Both the position numbers and the translations under genes were made by a program. Shown in pieces: positions 45,302 to 57,061 of a stretch of 64,000 nt of DNA. The notes beneath the pieces were generated by a model. It was not told the DNA's origin. It made no database searches and saw only the letters and a program-made list of their open reading frames with translations. The stretch comes from an uncultured Chloroflexia bacterium (GTDB taxonomy: Bacteria; Chloroflexota; Dehalococcoidia; DSTF01; JALHUB01): positions 64,001 through 128,000 of the forward strand of contig CAVSBT010000015.1 of the NCBI GenBank assembly GCA_963726245.1, in the 5' to 3' direction. The number at the start of each line of letters is the position of its first letter. Positions within the stretch are counted from its first letter, which is position 1.

Positions 45302-47116
45302 CTACTGGGGTTCCGTCCCGGCCAGCCCCGGCTTCAGGGCGAGGCCCAACTCGTCGAGCGCTTCCTTCTTCACCGGGGAGGGAGCGCCGGTCATGGGATC
45401 GGAGGCGGTCTTGGTCTTGGGGAAGGGGATGACCTCTCGAATGTCGTCCATCCCCACGAGCAGGGCCACGTTGCGCTCCAGGCCGGCGGCGATGCCACCG
45501 TGCGGAGGCGCCCCATACTCGAAAGCCTCCAGCATGTGGCCGAAACGCGCCTGCGCCTCCTCCGGCGCGATGCCCAGCATGGCGAACATCCGCTGCTGAA
45601 CGTCACGCTGGTGGATTCGGACGCTGCCGCCGGCCATCTCCCAGCCGTTGCAGACAAGGTCGTAGGCCTGGGCACGCACGCGCCCCGGGTCCGACTCCAG
45701 GAGTGGCAGGTCCTCCACCCTGGGCGAAGTGAAGGGGTGATGGACGGCGTACCAGCGGTTGTCCTCCTCGTTCCACTCCAGGAGGGGGAAGTCGGTGACG
45801 CGGCACCAGGCCAGCAGGTTCGGGTCGGCCAGGTTGAGGCGGCGAGCCACCTCTCGACGGAGGGCATCGAGGGCGGCGCTGGCCACCGACTCCTGGTCGG
45901 CCACCATCAGGATGAGGTCGCCGCGCCGAGCGCCGGTGCGCTGGGCCATGCCTTTCACCACTTCAGCGCTGAGGAAGCGGGCCACGGGTGAGCGGACCTC
46001 CTCATCGGTCAGCGTCTCCAGGGAGCCCTGCCCCAGCAGGCCGGCGGAGATGAGGCCGCGGCCGCCGGCGCTCTGGACGAAGGTCGTGAGGTCGTCGATC
46101 TGTTTGCGGGACAGGGCCTCGACGCCGCCGGGCACGGCGAAGCCCCGCACCTGGCCACCGGCCTCTATCGCCTGCCGGAAGACGGCGAATTCCGAGCCGG
46201 CCACCAGCTCCGTCAGGTCCGCCAGCTCCATGCCGTAGCGCATGTCCGGCTTGTCGGTCCCGAAGCGGCGCATCGCCTCGTCGTAGGTCAGGCGGGCGAA
46301 AGGCACGGTCGCCTTCACGTCCGGCCGGATCGTCTTGCAGAGGGCCGTGTACAGCTCCTCCATGAGGTCGAGGACGTCTCCGGCGGTGACGAAGCTCATC
46401 TCCAGATCGAGCTGCGTGAACTCCGGCTGGCGGTCGGCGCGCACGTCCTCGTCGCGGAAGCAGCGGGCGATCTGGAAGTAGCGCTCGTAGCCGGCGACCA
46501 TCAGCAACTGCTTGAACTGCTGCGGCGACTGGGGCAGGGCATAGAAGGAGCCTTTGCTCGGGCGGCTCGGCACCAGGTAGTCGCGGGCGCCCTCCGGCGT
46601 GGGGTTGGCCAGGATAGGCGTCTCAATCTCGATGAACCCCTTCGCGTGCAGGAAGTCGCGCATGAACTTGATGACCTGGTAGCGCGTCCAGAGGTGGTGC
46701 TGCATGCGCGGCCGCCGCAAGTCCAGGTAGCGGTAGCGGAGGCGCAGGAGGTCCTCTACCTCGCTCTCCTCGCTGATGTAGAAGGGCGGCGTCTTGGAGG
46801 GATTGAGAATGACGGCCTCGTTCGCCTGCACCTCGACCTCGCCCGTGGGCAGGGAGTGGTTCTCCGTGCCCGGCCGCCGGGCGCTGACGCTCCCCTTTAC
46901 CTGGATCACGTACTCGGGGCGGACCTCGCTGGCGATGCCGTGGGCCTCGAGCGCCTGAGCCGGGTTGAACACGACCTGGACCAGGCCGCGGCTATCGCGC
47001 AGGTCGATGAAGATGAGGTTGCCGTGGTCGCGACGGCGGTTGACCCAGCCGGCCAGCTCAACCTCCTGGCCGACATGCTCTTTTCGCAGCTCGCCGCAGA
47101 AGTGGGATTTCAGCAC
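45302..47116 (-). CDS. aspS: Aspartate--tRNA ligase
   Basis: [41 protein letters not shown]. Confidence 0.98.
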   Translation of the reverse strand: MLKSHFCGELRKEHVGQEVELAGWVNRRRDHGNLIFIDLRDSRGLVQVVFNPAQALEAHGIASEVRPEYVIQVKGSVSARRPGTENHSLPTGEVEVQANEAVILNPSKTPPFYISEESEVEDLLRLRYRYLDLRRPRMQHHLWTRYQVIKFMRDFLHAKGFIEIETPILANPTPEGARDYLVPSRPSKGSFYALPQSPQQFKQLLMVAGYERYFQIARCFRDEDVRADRQPEFTQLDLEMSFVTAGDVLDLMEELYTALCKTIRPDVKATVPFARLTYDEAMRRFGTDKPDMRYGMELADLTELVAGSEFAVFRQAIEAGGQVRGFAVPGGVEALSRKQIDDLTTFVQSAGGRGLISAGLLGQGSLETLTDEEVRSPVARFLSAEVVKGMAQRTGARRGDLILMVADQESVASAALDALRREVARRLNLADPNLLAWCRVTDFPLLEWNEEDNRWYAVHHPFTSPRVEDLPLLESDPGRVRAQAYDLVCNGWEMAGGSVRIHQRDVQQRMFAMLGIAPEEAQARFGHMLEAFEYGAPPHGGIAAGLERNVALLVGMDDIREVIPFPKTKTASDPMTGAPSPVKKEALDELGLALKPGLAGTEPQ

Positions 47117-47216
47117 GGAGAAACCTCCAGAAGCGACGTTACCACGGGGGAATCCACGGCGCGGGAGCGACTCCCGCGTGGGTCCGCGGAGAGTGTCGCA
47201 CGGCGCCGAGGCCCGG

Positions 47217-47459
47217 TCAACGAGAGCCCGTTCCCTCCGACACTCCGAGCACCGGGAAGCCCAGGTAGTCGAGCCGCGAGGTCACCTCTTCCTCGGAAGT
47301 GTGCTCGAGGTCCAAGCGGACCTCCACCTGGCGGGTCTTACGGTCGGCTTTGACGGAGCGAACTCCGGTCAACTGCAAGAGCGCGGCCTTTATGCGGTCC
47401 TGGCAGGCCTCGCAATGAATGTCCTTTAGCCTGAAGATTCGCAGCGCAAGCTGGGGCAT
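47217..47459 (-). CDS. Heavy-metal-associated (CopZ-like) protein
   Basis: DIHCEAC, GVRSV, LGFPV; GGGAG RBS. Confidence 0.8.
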   Translation of the reverse strand: MPQLALRIFRLKDIHCEACQDRIKAALLQLTGVRSVKADRKTRQVEVRLDLEHTSEEEVTSRLDYLGFPVLGVSEGTGSR

Positions 47460-47541
47460 GGCTCTCCCTGTTAGGACAGCTTGCCACGGCCGGGAACGGA
47501 GGGCAAGCCCACCCGCGGCCGCCGGCAGCGCGGGGCTCAAT

Positions 47542-47569
47542 GCCTGCGGGTTGAAACCCGCAGCTTCAC
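47542..47569. repeat. REP-like hairpin
   Basis: CTGCGGGTTGAAACCCGCAG followed by CTTCAC. Confidence 0.55.
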
Positions 47570-47656
47570 GCGTGAAGGTCACAAGCTGGGGGATTCATCC
47601 CGCAGAAAGAGAGTCTCGTTGTCCGGCCGGCGCGAGCGATGCTACGATGGTCATCG

Positions 47657-48903
47657 ATGGAGCGCGAACGCCGCCTCAGCCTGTATGTCCACATCCCGTT
47701 CTGCGCCGCCAAGTGCGGCTACTGCGATTTCAACTCCTACGCCGGCCAGGAGTCCCTGATCCCCGCCTACACTGACGCCCTGCTGCGCGAGGCGGAGATG
47801 TGGTCGGCGGCCTACCGAGACTGGCGGGCCGAGACGCTCTTCTTCGGGGGCGGCACGCCCAGCCTCATGCCCCTGCCGGAGATGGAACGCATCCTGGATG
47901 GCCTGCGGCGGCAGCTTCGGGCTCACCCCCGAAGCCGAGGTATCGCTGGAGGCCAACCCCGGCACGGTGGACGAGCCGTACCTCTCGCGGCTGCGAGAGC
48001 TGGGCGTGAACCGGCTCAGCCTGGGTGTGCAGAGCTTCCGCGACGATGAGCTGGCCTTCCTGGGACGCATCCACTCGGCCGAAGAGGCCCGGTCGGCCTA
48101 TCGCGCGGCCCGCAGCGCCGGCTTCGACAACGTGAGCCTGGACCTCATCTTCGGACTGCCCGGCCAGACGGCGGACCGCTGGCTGGGGAGCCTGGAGGAG
48201 GCGATAGGCCTGGGGCCGGAGCACCTGTCCCTCTATCCCCTGACGGTGGAGGAAGGGACGCCCCTGGCCCACGAGGTGGCCCGCGGCCGCACGCCGGCGC
48301 CCGATCCCGACCTGCCAGGCGGAGCTGTACGAGCGCGCTACCGAGCGCCTGGCATCCGCCGGCTACGAGCAGTACGAGATCTCCAACTGGTCCCGCCCGG
48401 ACTACCGCTGCCGCCACAACCTGACCTACTGGCGCAACGGCTGGTGGCTGGGACTGGGGGCCGGCGCCCACTCGCACCTGCCTGGGAACTGGGAACCGGC
48501 AATCGGGAACCAGGAACCAGGGATTGGGGACCGGTGTTGCAGATTTGCCGCGGAGGCCTTACCCAGGCGATACGTTGAGCTGGTGAACGAGACGTGGGAG
48601 CAGTGGTCGCAAGGGGGCGCCTTAACAATTGACGACATGCGGCAGGTAACGTTCCGAGAGGAGGCCGGCCTGTCGCGGGAGCTCTCGGACACGCTGGTGC
48701 TGGGGCTGCGCCTGTGCGATGGGGTGAGCGTGGAGGAGATCCGGCGCCGCTTCGGGCAGGCTGCCCTGGAGAGCCACGCCGCCGCTTGCGAGGAGGCGAT
48801 CTCCCTGGGGCTACTGGAGCCTGTCGATGGCCGCCTGCGCCTGACCCCTCGCGGCCGCCTGCTGGCCAACGAGGTCTTCGTCCGCCTGCTGCCCCCGACC
48901 TAG
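47657..48903 (+). CDS. hemW: Radical SAM heme chaperone HemW (frameshifts near 47915 and 48315)
   Basis: LYVHIPFCAAKCGYCDF, FFGGGTPS, EANP, QYEISNW, HNLTYW, LTPRGRLLANEV. Confidence 0.9.
48484..48532 (+). repeat. Seven tandem degenerate heptamers (GGGAACC) inside hemW
   Basis: gggaact gggaacc ggcaatc gggaacc aggaacc agggatt ggggacc. Confidence 0.8.
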
Positions 48904-49943
48904 ACCTTGTCCAAGCCGTGCGTCTTGCCTATCACCGTCAGCAGGTCGTCGATACCGACCGGCGGCGGAGAGTCGCGCCTGCCCAGGGGGTCGGGTGTCG
49001 GTTGCTCGTCCAGCAGCACCTCCAGTGAGTTGCCGATGGACCAGGCGAGGGCGGTGAAGTCGTAGCCCCCCTCCAGCGTCAGCACCAGTCGTCCGCCGCA
49101 CAGCTCGCGGGCCAGGTCTCGCAGGCCGGCCACCTGCTCGGCAAAGCCGGCGCAGCTGAGCGCCATGCCGGCCAGGGGATCGGCGAAGTGGCCGTCGTAC
49201 CCGGCCGAGGCCAGCACCATCTGAGGCTCGAAGCGCCTCAGGGCCGGCGTCAGGAGGTCTTTCCAGATGCGGGCGAAGATGGGGTCGCCGGTGCCGGCGG
49301 GCAGGGGCACGTTGATGGTGGTCCCCAGGCCCGCTCCCTGGCCCATCTCGCGCCAGTGGCCGGTGCCGGGGTAGAACGGGTACTCGTGCGTCGAGAAGTA
49401 GAGGACGTCAGGGTCGGCGTAGAAGGCTGCCTGAGTGCCGTTGCCGTGGTGGACGTCGAAGTCGACGACGGCGACATGGCGGAGGCCGTGGTGCCGCCGC
49501 GCGTGCTCGACCGCGACGGCGATGTTGTTGAAGAGGCAGAAGCCCATGGCCCGCGAAGGCATCGCATGGTGGCCGGGCGGCCTCACCAGGCAGAAGGCCG
49601 ACTCCACCTCGCCGGCCAGGACGGCATCGACGGCAGCCAGACCGCCGCCGGCGGCGCGCAGGGCGGCGTCGTAGGACCGAGGCGAGACGAAGGTATCGGC
49701 GTCCAGCCAGACGCCGCCGCGCCCGGCGGCCCACCGCACCGAATCTATGTAATCGCTCTCGTGGATGTAGGCCAGCTCGTCAACGGTGGCGTCGCGGGCG
49801 GCCACGGGGCGCAGCCGGGCCATCAGACCGCTCTCCTCGAGGTGGCCGGTGACGGCCTGGAGGCGGATAGCGTTCTCCGGGTGGTGTCCGGTATCGTGCT
49901 CCAGGTAGAGGGGGTCGTAGACCAGGCCTACCGCTGCCAACAC
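48900..49943 (-). CDS. Histone deacetylase family protein
   Basis: HPE, RPPGHHA, GFCLFNN, DFDVHHGNGTQ, SAGYD, LEGGY. Confidence 0.95.
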   Translation of the reverse strand: MLAAVGLVYDPLYLEHDTGHHPENAIRLQAVTGHLEESGLMARLRPVAARDATVDELAYIHESDYIDSVRWAAGRGGVWLDADTFVSPRSYDAALRAAGGGLAAVDAVLAGEVESAFCLVRPPGHHAMPSRAMGFCLFNNIAVAVEHARRHHGLRHVAVVDFDVHHGNGTQAAFYADPDVLYFSTHEYPFYPGTGHWREMGQGAGLGTTINVPLPAGTGDPIFARIWKDLLTPALRRFEPQMVLASAGYDGHFADPLAGMALSCAGFAEQVAGLRDLARELCGGRLVLTLEGGYDFTALAWSIGNSLEVLLDEQPTPDPLGRRDSPPPVGIDDLLTVIGKTHGLDKV

Positions 49944-49996
49944 GCCTCCTGAGCGTTAGGGATCAACTCATTATAATGGACGCCGACGGAGTCGCC

Positions 49997-50437
49997 ATGC
50001 CCCTCTACTTTGCCTACGCCTCCAACATGGAGCCGCGACGCTTCCGGCGCCTCTGCTCGCGCAGTAGCGTCGTCGGGCCGGCGCGCCTGCCCGGCCGCCG
50101 ACTCGCCTTCTCCCGTTACTCCCGCCAGCGCCGCGGCGGCTCGGCCAACGTCCTGCCCGACGACGGGGCCGAGGTGTGGGGCGTCCTGTACGAGGTGAGC
50201 GACGCCGATCTGGACACCATCGACCGCAGCGAAGACGTGCCGGCGGCCTACCGTCGGGAGGCGGTGGTCGTTGAGGACGCGGAGGGCCACGAGCGTCAGG
50301 CCGTCACCTACGTCGCCAACCGGACGGGCGACTTCCTGCCGCACCCGGACTATCTGCGGCTCATCGTGGAGGGCGCAGAGGCCCGCGGCCTGCCGTCGCA
50401 CTACGTGGCCGCCCTCCGCCAGATTCGCACCTTGTAG
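49997..50437 (+). CDS. Gamma-glutamylcyclotransferase family protein
   Basis: [26 protein letters not shown]; TATAAT and GGAG upstream. Confidence 0.85.
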   Translation: MPLYFAYASNMEPRRFRRLCSRSSVVGPARLPGRRLAFSRYSRQRRGGSANVLPDDGAEVWGVLYEVSDADLDTIDRSEDVPAAYRREAVVVEDAEGHERQAVTYVANRTGDFLPHPDYLRLIVEGAEARGLPSHYVAALRQIRTL

Positions 50438-50441
50438 CGCC

Positions 50442-52347
50442 ATGTACGTCATCGGCACCGCCGGCCACGTCGACCACGGGAAGTCGGCCCTCATCCGGGC
50501 CCTGACCGGCATCGACCCCGACCGCCTCCAGGAGGAGAAGGAGCGGGGCCTCACCATCGACCTGGGCTTCGCCTGGCTGACGCTGCCCTCGGGCCGTGAG
50601 GTCAGCATCGTCGACGTGCCGGGCCACGAGCGCTTCGTGCGCAACATGCTGGCCGGCGCCGGCGGCATGGACCTCGCCCTGTTGGTGGTCGCCGCCGATG
50701 AGGGGGTCATGCCCCAGACCCGCGAGCACCTGGCCATCCTCGATCTCCTCCAGGTGCGCAGCGGCGTCCTGGTGCTCACCAAGAAGGACCTGGCCGACCC
50801 CGACTGGCTGGAGATGGTGGCCGTCGACATCCAGGAGACGGTCAAGGGCACCACCCTCGAGGGCTCGCCGCTGGTGGCCTGCTCCGCCGTCAGCGGCGAG
50901 GGCCTGGACGACCTCCTGGCGGCCATCGAGGAGCGCTTGCAGTCGACCCCCGCCCGCCGCGACATCGGCCGCCCGCGCCTGCCCATCGACCGCGCCTTCA
51001 CCATCGCGGGCTTCGGCACCGTGGCCACCGGCACCCTCATCGACGGCCCGCTGCGCGTGGGCCAGGAGGTGGAGGTGGTGCCGGCCCGTCCGACAGGCGC
51101 ACCCGACGCGCTGCGCTCCCGCGTCCGGGGGCTCCAGACCCATCGCAAGAAGCTGGAGGAGGCCCGGCCCGGCAGCCGCACGGCCGTCAACCTCGCCGGC
51201 CTCGGCCGCCGCCGACCTCTACCGCGGGCAGGTGGTGACCACGCCCGGCTGGCTGGCCCCCACCGCCGTGCTCGACGTTAAGCTGAGGGCCCTTCGCTCC
51301 ATACGACACGCCATTCGCCACAACCAGACCCTCTCTCTCCACACCGGCTCCGGCGAGACCAGGGCGCGGGTGCGGCTGCTCGACCGCGAGGAGGTGCCGC
51401 CCGGCGAGGAGGGCTGGGCGCAGCTCCGGCTGACGACGCTCGCGGCCGTGGTGAAGGGCGACCTCTTCGTCGTGCGCACCGCCAGCGAGACCGTCGGCGG
51501 CGGGCAGGTCGTGGACGCCCATCCGCCGCGGCACCGTCGCTTCCACGCCGCAACGGTGGAGGCGCTCTCGGTGGCGCAGGGCGGCTCGCCGGAGGAGGCG
51601 CTTCTCGGCCTGCTGGCCCGCGCCGAGCCCTGCGAGCTCTCGGCCCTGGTGCGCCGGACGGACCTGGGCGCCGACCAGGCGCGCGCCGCCGCCGAGGCCC
51701 TGGTCGCTGACGGCCGGGCCGTGGCTTTGGGACCCGGGCCGCTGACAGATACCACCGTCCTCTACAGCGCCTCCGGGTTCGCCGCCCTGGGCGAGCGAGC
51801 ACGCCACGCTATCGAGGCCTATTACCGCCAGCACCCTTTGCGGCGCGGCATGCCGCGCGAGGAGTTGAAGAGCCGCCTTCGCCTGTCGCCCCGCGTTTTC
51901 GACCTCGCGCTGGAGCGCTGGACCGCATCGGGCGAGCTTGAGGAGATGAGGTTGCTGACCGGGCAGGCGGGTACAGCAATAGGTTTGCCCGGCCACGAGG
52001 TGCGCCTGACTGCCGCCCAGGAATCGGAGATGAAGGCGCTCCTGGCGGCCCTGGAATCGAACCCCTACTCGCCGCCCACAGACCGGCGTCCATCGCCGGA
52101 GCTGGTCGTCTACCTGGAGGAGCGCGGGAAACTGGTGGACGTGGGCGACGGCGTCGTCTTCGGCGCCGTCGCCTACTGCGACATGGTGGAGCGCATCGTC
52201 GAACACCTGAAGCGGGAGGGCACCATCACCCTGGCGCAGGTGCGGGACATGTTCGGCACCAGCCGGAAGTACGCTCAGGCTCTGCTGGAGCACCTGGACC
52301 TCCGTCACGTCACCCGTCGCGTCGGGGACGAGCGGGTGCTGCGGTAG
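50442..52347 (+). CDS. selB: Selenocysteine-specific elongation factor (frameshift near 51205)
   Basis: [27 protein letters not shown]-terminal [13 protein letters not shown]...RRVGDER. Confidence 0.95.
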
Positions 52348-52354
52348 ACATGAG

Positions 52355-52384
52355 TTGAACGTGCCTGGAGGCATCTGCTAGAAT
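52355..52384 (+). promoter_or_regulatory. Promoter of the sdh operon
   Basis: TTGAAC, 18 nt, TG-extended TAGAAT. Confidence 0.5.
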
Positions 52385-52508
52385 CTCAGGTGCCGTGCGG
52401 AGGCCGGCCGCCATTGGAGGACGGCCCGCCGGCATGCTCGGGCTCCGGCCCTGTCTCAACCTCATTGAGCTCCTTCGCCATTGTCTCTCTCAGAAGGGTT
52501 GGTGGGTG

Positions 52509-54185
52509 ATGTCCAGCCATGATGTCCTGGTGGTCGGGGCTGGCCTGGCAGGCATGAGGGCAGCCCTGGCGGCTTCCCGCCAGGGAGTCGACGTGGCGTT
52601 GCTGTCCAAGGTACAGCCGCTCCGCAGCCACTCGGCGGCGGCCCAGGGCGGCATCAACGCCGCCGTGGGTATGGACGACTCCTCGGAGAAGCACGCCTTC
52701 GACACCGTCAAGGGCAGCGACTACCTGGCGGACCAGGACGCGGTCGAGGTCTTGTGCAAGGAAGCGCCGGGCGACATCGTCGAGCTGGAGCGCATGGGCA
52801 CCACCTTCAGCCGCCGCGACGACGGTCGCCTCGCTACCCGCGCTTTCGGGGGCGCCGGCTTCCCCAGGACATGCTTCGTCGCCGACATAACCGGCCAGGC
52901 CATCCTGCACGTCGTCTGGGAGCAACTCCAGAAGGGGGGCGTCCACCCGTACGAGGAGTGGTTCTGCACCTCCCTCATCGTCGATGACGGCGTCTGCCGC
53001 GGCGTCGTGGCCATGGACATGATGACGGGCCGGTTCCAGCCCATCCTGGCCAAGGCCGTCGTCCTCGCCACCGGCGGCCTGGGGCGCATCTACCAGCCGA
53101 CCACGAACTCCATCATCAGCACCGGCGATGGCACCGCCATGGCCTACAGGGCCGGCGCGACCCTCGCCGACATGGAGATGGTCCAGTACCACCCGACGAC
53201 CCTCAAGGAGAGCGGCGTCCTCATCACCGAGGGCGCCCGCGGCGAGGGCGCCTACCTCCTCAACTCCCTCGGCGAGAGGTTCATGAGCAAGTACGCTCCG
53301 GAGAAGCTGGAGCTCGGCCCCCGCGACCTCATCTCCCGCTCCGAGCGGACCGAGATCGAGGAGGGTCGCGGCGTTGACGGCTGCGTCCTCCTGGACCTGC
53401 GCCACGTGGGCGAAGCCACCATCAAAGAGCGCTTGAGCCAGATCCGTGAGCTGGCCCACGACCTCGCCAACACCGACATCGTGCGCGAGCCGCTGCCGGT
53501 GCGGCCCGGCATGCACTACCACATGGGCGGCATCAAGACCGACATTGACGGCGCGACGACCATCCAAGGGCTGTTCGCCGCCGGCGAGTGCGCCTGCGTT
53601 AGCGTCCACGGCGCCAACCGCCTGGGCGGCAACTCGCTCCTGGAGACGGTGGTCTTCGGGCGAAGGGCCGGGCGCGCCGCCGTCGAGTACGCCCGCGATC
53701 ATTCATCGCCAGCCGACGTCTCGGAGGCCGTGGTGCAGAAGGATGTCGAGAGCATCCAGGAGCTGCTCGCCCGGCCGGAGAACGGCGACAGACCGGCCCA
53801 CATTCGCCGCGAGATGGGCGAGACCATGAACTCCAACGTCGGCGTCTTCCGCCGGGAGGAGGAGTTGAAGGCGGCTCTGGGCAAGGTCCGCGAGCTCAAG
53901 GATCGCTATCGCCGGGTGCCGGTCCAGAACAAAGGGAAGGTCTACAACACGGACCTGTTCCAGGCCCTGGAGCTGGGCTTCATGCTCGACCTGGCCGAGG
54001 CAATCGCGCTCGGCGCCGTGGAGCGCAAGGAGAGCCGCGGCGCCCACGCCCGGCGGGATTTCCCGGAGCGCGACGACGCGAACTTCCTCAAGCACACGCT
54101 GGCCCGCTACACGCCGGACGGGCCGCGGCTGGAGTATGCCCCCGTGACCATCACCCGCTGGCAGCCGGAGAGGAGGGCCTACTAG
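52509..54185 (+). CDS. sdhA: Succinate dehydrogenase flavoprotein subunit
   Basis: [43 protein letters not shown]. Confidence 0.96.
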   Translation: MSSHDVLVVGAGLAGMRAALAASRQGVDVALLSKVQPLRSHSAAAQGGINAAVGMDDSSEKHAFDTVKGSDYLADQDAVEVLCKEAPGDIVELERMGTTFSRRDDGRLATRAFGGAGFPRTCFVADITGQAILHVVWEQLQKGGVHPYEEWFCTSLIVDDGVCRGVVAMDMMTGRFQPILAKAVVLATGGLGRIYQPTTNSIISTGDGTAMAYRAGATLADMEMVQYHPTTLKESGVLITEGARGEGAYLLNSLGERFMSKYAPEKLELGPRDLISRSERTEIEEGRGVDGCVLLDLRHVGEATIKERLSQIRELAHDLANTDIVREPLPVRPGMHYHMGGIKTDIDGATTIQGLFAAGECACVSVHGANRLGGNSLLETVVFGRRAGRAAVEYARDHSSPADVSEAVVQKDVESIQELLARPENGDRPAHIRREMGETMNSNVGVFRREEELKAALGKVRELKDRYRRVPVQNKGKVYNTDLFQALELGFMLDLAEAIALGAVERKESRGAHARRDFPERDDANFLKHTLARYTPDGPRLEYAPVTITRWQPERRAY

Positions 54186-54908
54186 ATGCGAGTCAACCTC
54201 AAGGTCCGCCGCCTCGACCCGGAGGCCGGCGGCGAGCCGCACTTCCAGTCGTACTCCATCGATGCGCCCCAGTCCGCCACCGTCCTCGACAGCCTCTTGC
54301 AGGTGAGGGAGGACGTGGACGGTACTCTGGCCTTCCGGTGCTCGTGCCGGAGCGCCATCTGCGGCTCCTGCGGCATGCGCATCAACGGCGTGTCGCGCCT
54401 CGCCTGCAAGACCAACGTGGTAGATGTCGCCCCCGGCGGGCAGGAGATAAGCTTAGAGCCTCTGGCCAACCTGTCGGTCTTGAAGGACCTGGTAGCGGAC
54501 ATGGAGCCGTTCTACAACAAGCTCCGCGAGCTGACCCCCTGGCTGGTGCCGGACGAGGAGCATCCTCCCGAGCGCGAGTACCTAATGGAGAACAAGCGCG
54601 CCCTGTACCTCTCGCAGTTCGCGGCCTGCATCCAGTGCGCCGTCTGCTACTCGGCCTGTCCTATCGAGGCCATGGACAAAGACTACTTGGGGCCCGCCGC
54701 CCTCGCCAAGGCCTTCCGCTACTGCTACGACCCCCGCGACCACGGCAAGTCGCAGCGCCTGGCGAGGATAGCCAAGGAGCAGGGGCTGTGGCGCTGTCAC
54801 ACCGTGTTCAGTTGCTCGGAGCAGTGTCCGAAGGGCGTGGACCCCACGCAGGCCATCCAGCAGCTCAAGAAGATGGTCATCCTGAGGCGGCTGGGCCTGT
54901 CCCGCTAG
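54186..54908 (+). CDS. sdhB: Succinate dehydrogenase iron-sulfur subunit
   Basis: SCRSAICGSC, CIQCAVCYSACP, CHTVFSCSEQCP. Confidence 0.96.
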   Translation: MRVNLKVRRLDPEAGGEPHFQSYSIDAPQSATVLDSLLQVREDVDGTLAFRCSCRSAICGSCGMRINGVSRLACKTNVVDVAPGGQEISLEPLANLSVLKDLVADMEPFYNKLRELTPWLVPDEEHPPEREYLMENKRALYLSQFAACIQCAVCYSACPIEAMDKDYLGPAALAKAFRYCYDPRDHGKSQRLARIAKEQGLWRCHTVFSCSEQCPKGVDPTQAIQQLKKMVILRRLGLSR

Positions 54909-54935
54909 GCCGGCAAGTCGCTGGAAGGAGGCGAG

Positions 54936-55307
54936 ATGTACAAACCGGTGGATGCCCAATTTCAGGCGCGAGCCATGAGGACGGGCACGGCGGCCTGGAT
55001 CCTCCAGCGGCTCACCGGCGTCTTCCTCACCCTCTACCTCATCACCCACATCATCGTCATCGGCAACTCGGTGCGCGGCGAGGGCTCGTTCGACGATCTC
55101 CTGAGCACCTTCGAGAAGCCTGTGTTCCTGGTGCTCGACGCCGGGCTGCTGGGGATCGTGGCTTTCCACGCCATGAATGGCCTGCGGCTCATCCTGCTCG
55201 ACTTCACCATCGGCCTTCGCTACCAGAAGGCGCTCTTCTGGCTGGCGTTCGTCGTGGCGGTGGGGATGTTCGTCGGCTCATTGATAGCGGTGCGCAACCT
55301 GTTCTGA
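54936..55307 (+). CDS. sdhC: Succinate dehydrogenase cytochrome b subunit
   Basis: QRLTG, HAMNGLR, three TM helices. Confidence 0.9.
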   Translation: MYKPVDAQFQARAMRTGTAAWILQRLTGVFLTLYLITHIIVIGNSVRGEGSFDDLLSTFEKPVFLVLDAGLLGIVAFHAMNGLRLILLDFTIGLRYQKALFWLAFVVAVGMFVGSLIAVRNLF

Positions 55308-55323
55308 GAGCGGGGAGACGGTC

Positions 55324-55737
55324 ATGGCACAGATAGCGTCGAAAGAGAGGCTCCCCCAGGCGCCGGCCGAGCCCATGGGCATCACCTTCTGGCCCTGGTT
55401 CCTGCAGAGGGTGACCGGCGCCGGGCTTATCGTCCTGCTCCTCATCCACGTCATCGTCAACCACTACCTGAACATCACCGAGGCGGAGAAGGGCATCCTG
55501 CCCGGCCTGGTGGTCTTCTCCAACGTCGCCGAGCGCTTCGAGTCGGCCGGCTACTGGACCATCGACATCCTCTTGCTCTCGTTCGTCCTCTACCACGGGC
55601 TGAACGGCATCCGCAACATCGCCCTCGACTACGGCGCGCGTGGCGCCGTCGAGCGGGCGGTGACGGCGGTGCTGCTGGCCATCGGCGCCGCGGCCTTCGT
55701 CTTCGGCGTCATCGCCCTCGCCGCCTTCATCGACTAG
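55324..55737 (+). CDS. sdhD: Succinate dehydrogenase membrane anchor
   Basis: QRVTG, HGLNGIRNIALDY. Confidence 0.9.
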   Translation: MAQIASKERLPQAPAEPMGITFWPWFLQRVTGAGLIVLLLIHVIVNHYLNITEAEKGILPGLVVFSNVAERFESAGYWTIDILLLSFVLYHGLNGIRNIALDYGARGAVERAVTAVLLAIGAAAFVFGVIALAAFID

Positions 55738-55782
55738 CCGCTAGGGCGGAGATGGAGACAGAGGAACGGATCTCGGAGAGGC

Positions 55783-56478
55783 TTGGGCACGAAACTAGTC
55801 GTGGCTTGGAGCGGGGGCAAGGACAGTGCCTTAGCCCTGCACCGGCTCCAGCAGTCCGGCGCCTGGGAAGTGGGGGCGCTGCTCACCACGGTAACGGAGG
55901 ATTACGACCGGGTGAGCATGCACGGCGTGCCGAGGGCGCTCCTGGAAGCACAGGCGGCGTCGCTGGGTCTGGCCCTCATACAGGTCAACATCCCGGCCGA
56001 CTGTTCCAACGAACTCTACGATGAGCGAATGCTCCTGGCCCTGACGGAGTGCAAGGCCAGGGGAATAGAGCACGTCGCCTTCGGCGATCTCTTCCTTCAG
56101 GACGTGCGCCGCTACAGGGAGGAGAGGCTCGCGCAGGTTAGCATGCAGGCGGTCTTCCCCCTCTGGGGCCTGGACACGCCGCGTCTGGCGCGCGATTTCG
56201 TGCGCCTGGGTTTCAAGGCTATCACTACCTGTGTGGATCTACGCGTCCTGGACGCCTCGTTCGCCGGAAGGGAGTTCGACGAACGGTTTCTGGCCGACCT
56301 GCCCCCGGGTGTGGACCCTTGCGGCGAGAACGGCGAGTTCCACTCCTTCGTGTACGACGGCCCGAACCTCTGCTTCCCTTTGACGCTGGAGGTCGGCCAG
56401 CTTGTCGAGAGGGCCGGCTTCCTTTTCGCTGACCTGAAGCTGATGGACGGGGCGACAACAATCGAAGGCCAGGCTTAA
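55783..56478 (+). CDS. PP-loop ATPase, diphthamide synthase/DUF71 family
   Basis: WSGGKDS, MHGV, FGDLFL, VDPCGENGEFHSFVYDGP. Confidence 0.9.
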   Translation: MGTKLVVAWSGGKDSALALHRLQQSGAWEVGALLTTVTEDYDRVSMHGVPRALLEAQAASLGLALIQVNIPADCSNELYDERMLLALTECKARGIEHVAFGDLFLQDVRRYREERLAQVSMQAVFPLWGLDTPRLARDFVRLGFKAITTCVDLRVLDASFAGREFDERFLADLPPGVDPCGENGEFHSFVYDGPNLCFPLTLEVGQLVERAGFLFADLKLMDGATTIEGQA

Positions 56479-56490
56479 GCCTGGCCTTCG
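56463..56490. repeat. Perfect 28-bp palindrome centred on a stop codon
   Basis: CGAAGGCCAGGC-TTAA-GCCTGGCCTTCG between convergent transcription units. Confidence 0.8.
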
Positions 56491-56581
56491 TCGTAACCGT
56501 GATCGCGGGGGTTAGTTTGCCCTAGGCACCTCTCGCGGCGTAGCTGCCCAGGCGCTCGAGTTGGCGGTACTTGCGACTGGT

Positions 56582-57030
56582 CTAGCCCTCCTTGGGCTCC
56601 GGCTTGCGGCGGCGGCGCAGGGCGCGGCTGGCCAGCAGGGCGATGACGGGCGGCAGAACTCGGACGGCGATCCGCAGCCAGGCCCGCGAGATAGGCACCC
56701 AGCGGGCGCCCTTCGCCGTGATCTCGATGAAGCCGATGGGCCGCACCACACCGCCTCCCCCGCCGCCGGTGCCGCCGGTCCTGCCTCCTCCACCGCCGGC
56801 GCCGAACCCGACAAAGGTCTGCGCCACCGGGATCACTGTCACGCCCTTCGACTCGACAGGGTCGCCGTAGACGGTGCGCACGGTGAACGTGTCGCGCACG
56901 CCGTCTATGAAGCGCCGGATGACGTCGTGGACGCCGGGGGTGGTCACCTCGCGGCCTCGCCAGGGGCCGCCGCCGGCTCGGATGCTGCCAACTCTGTGGG
57001 GATGGGGCTTTCTTCGGGGCTTTCTTCCAT
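56582..57030 (-). CDS. GerW/YtfJ family protein (frameshift near 56960)
   Basis: VYGDPV, TVIPVA, GFGAGGG, GGGGGVVRPIGFIEI; GGAGG RBS before ATG 57030. Confidence 0.75.
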
Positions 57031-57061
57031 CGCATCCCTCCTCCGCTGCTTCACGCGCCAC

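Noticed and set aside
47117-47216. T-box leader for aspS
   Set aside because: Too short and no T-box consensus; only a short hairpin and a TG-extended TAACGT -10 box.
52383-52508. Riboswitch in the sdhA leader (CTCAGG motif)
   Set aside because: The other conserved glycine-riboswitch elements are not recognisable.
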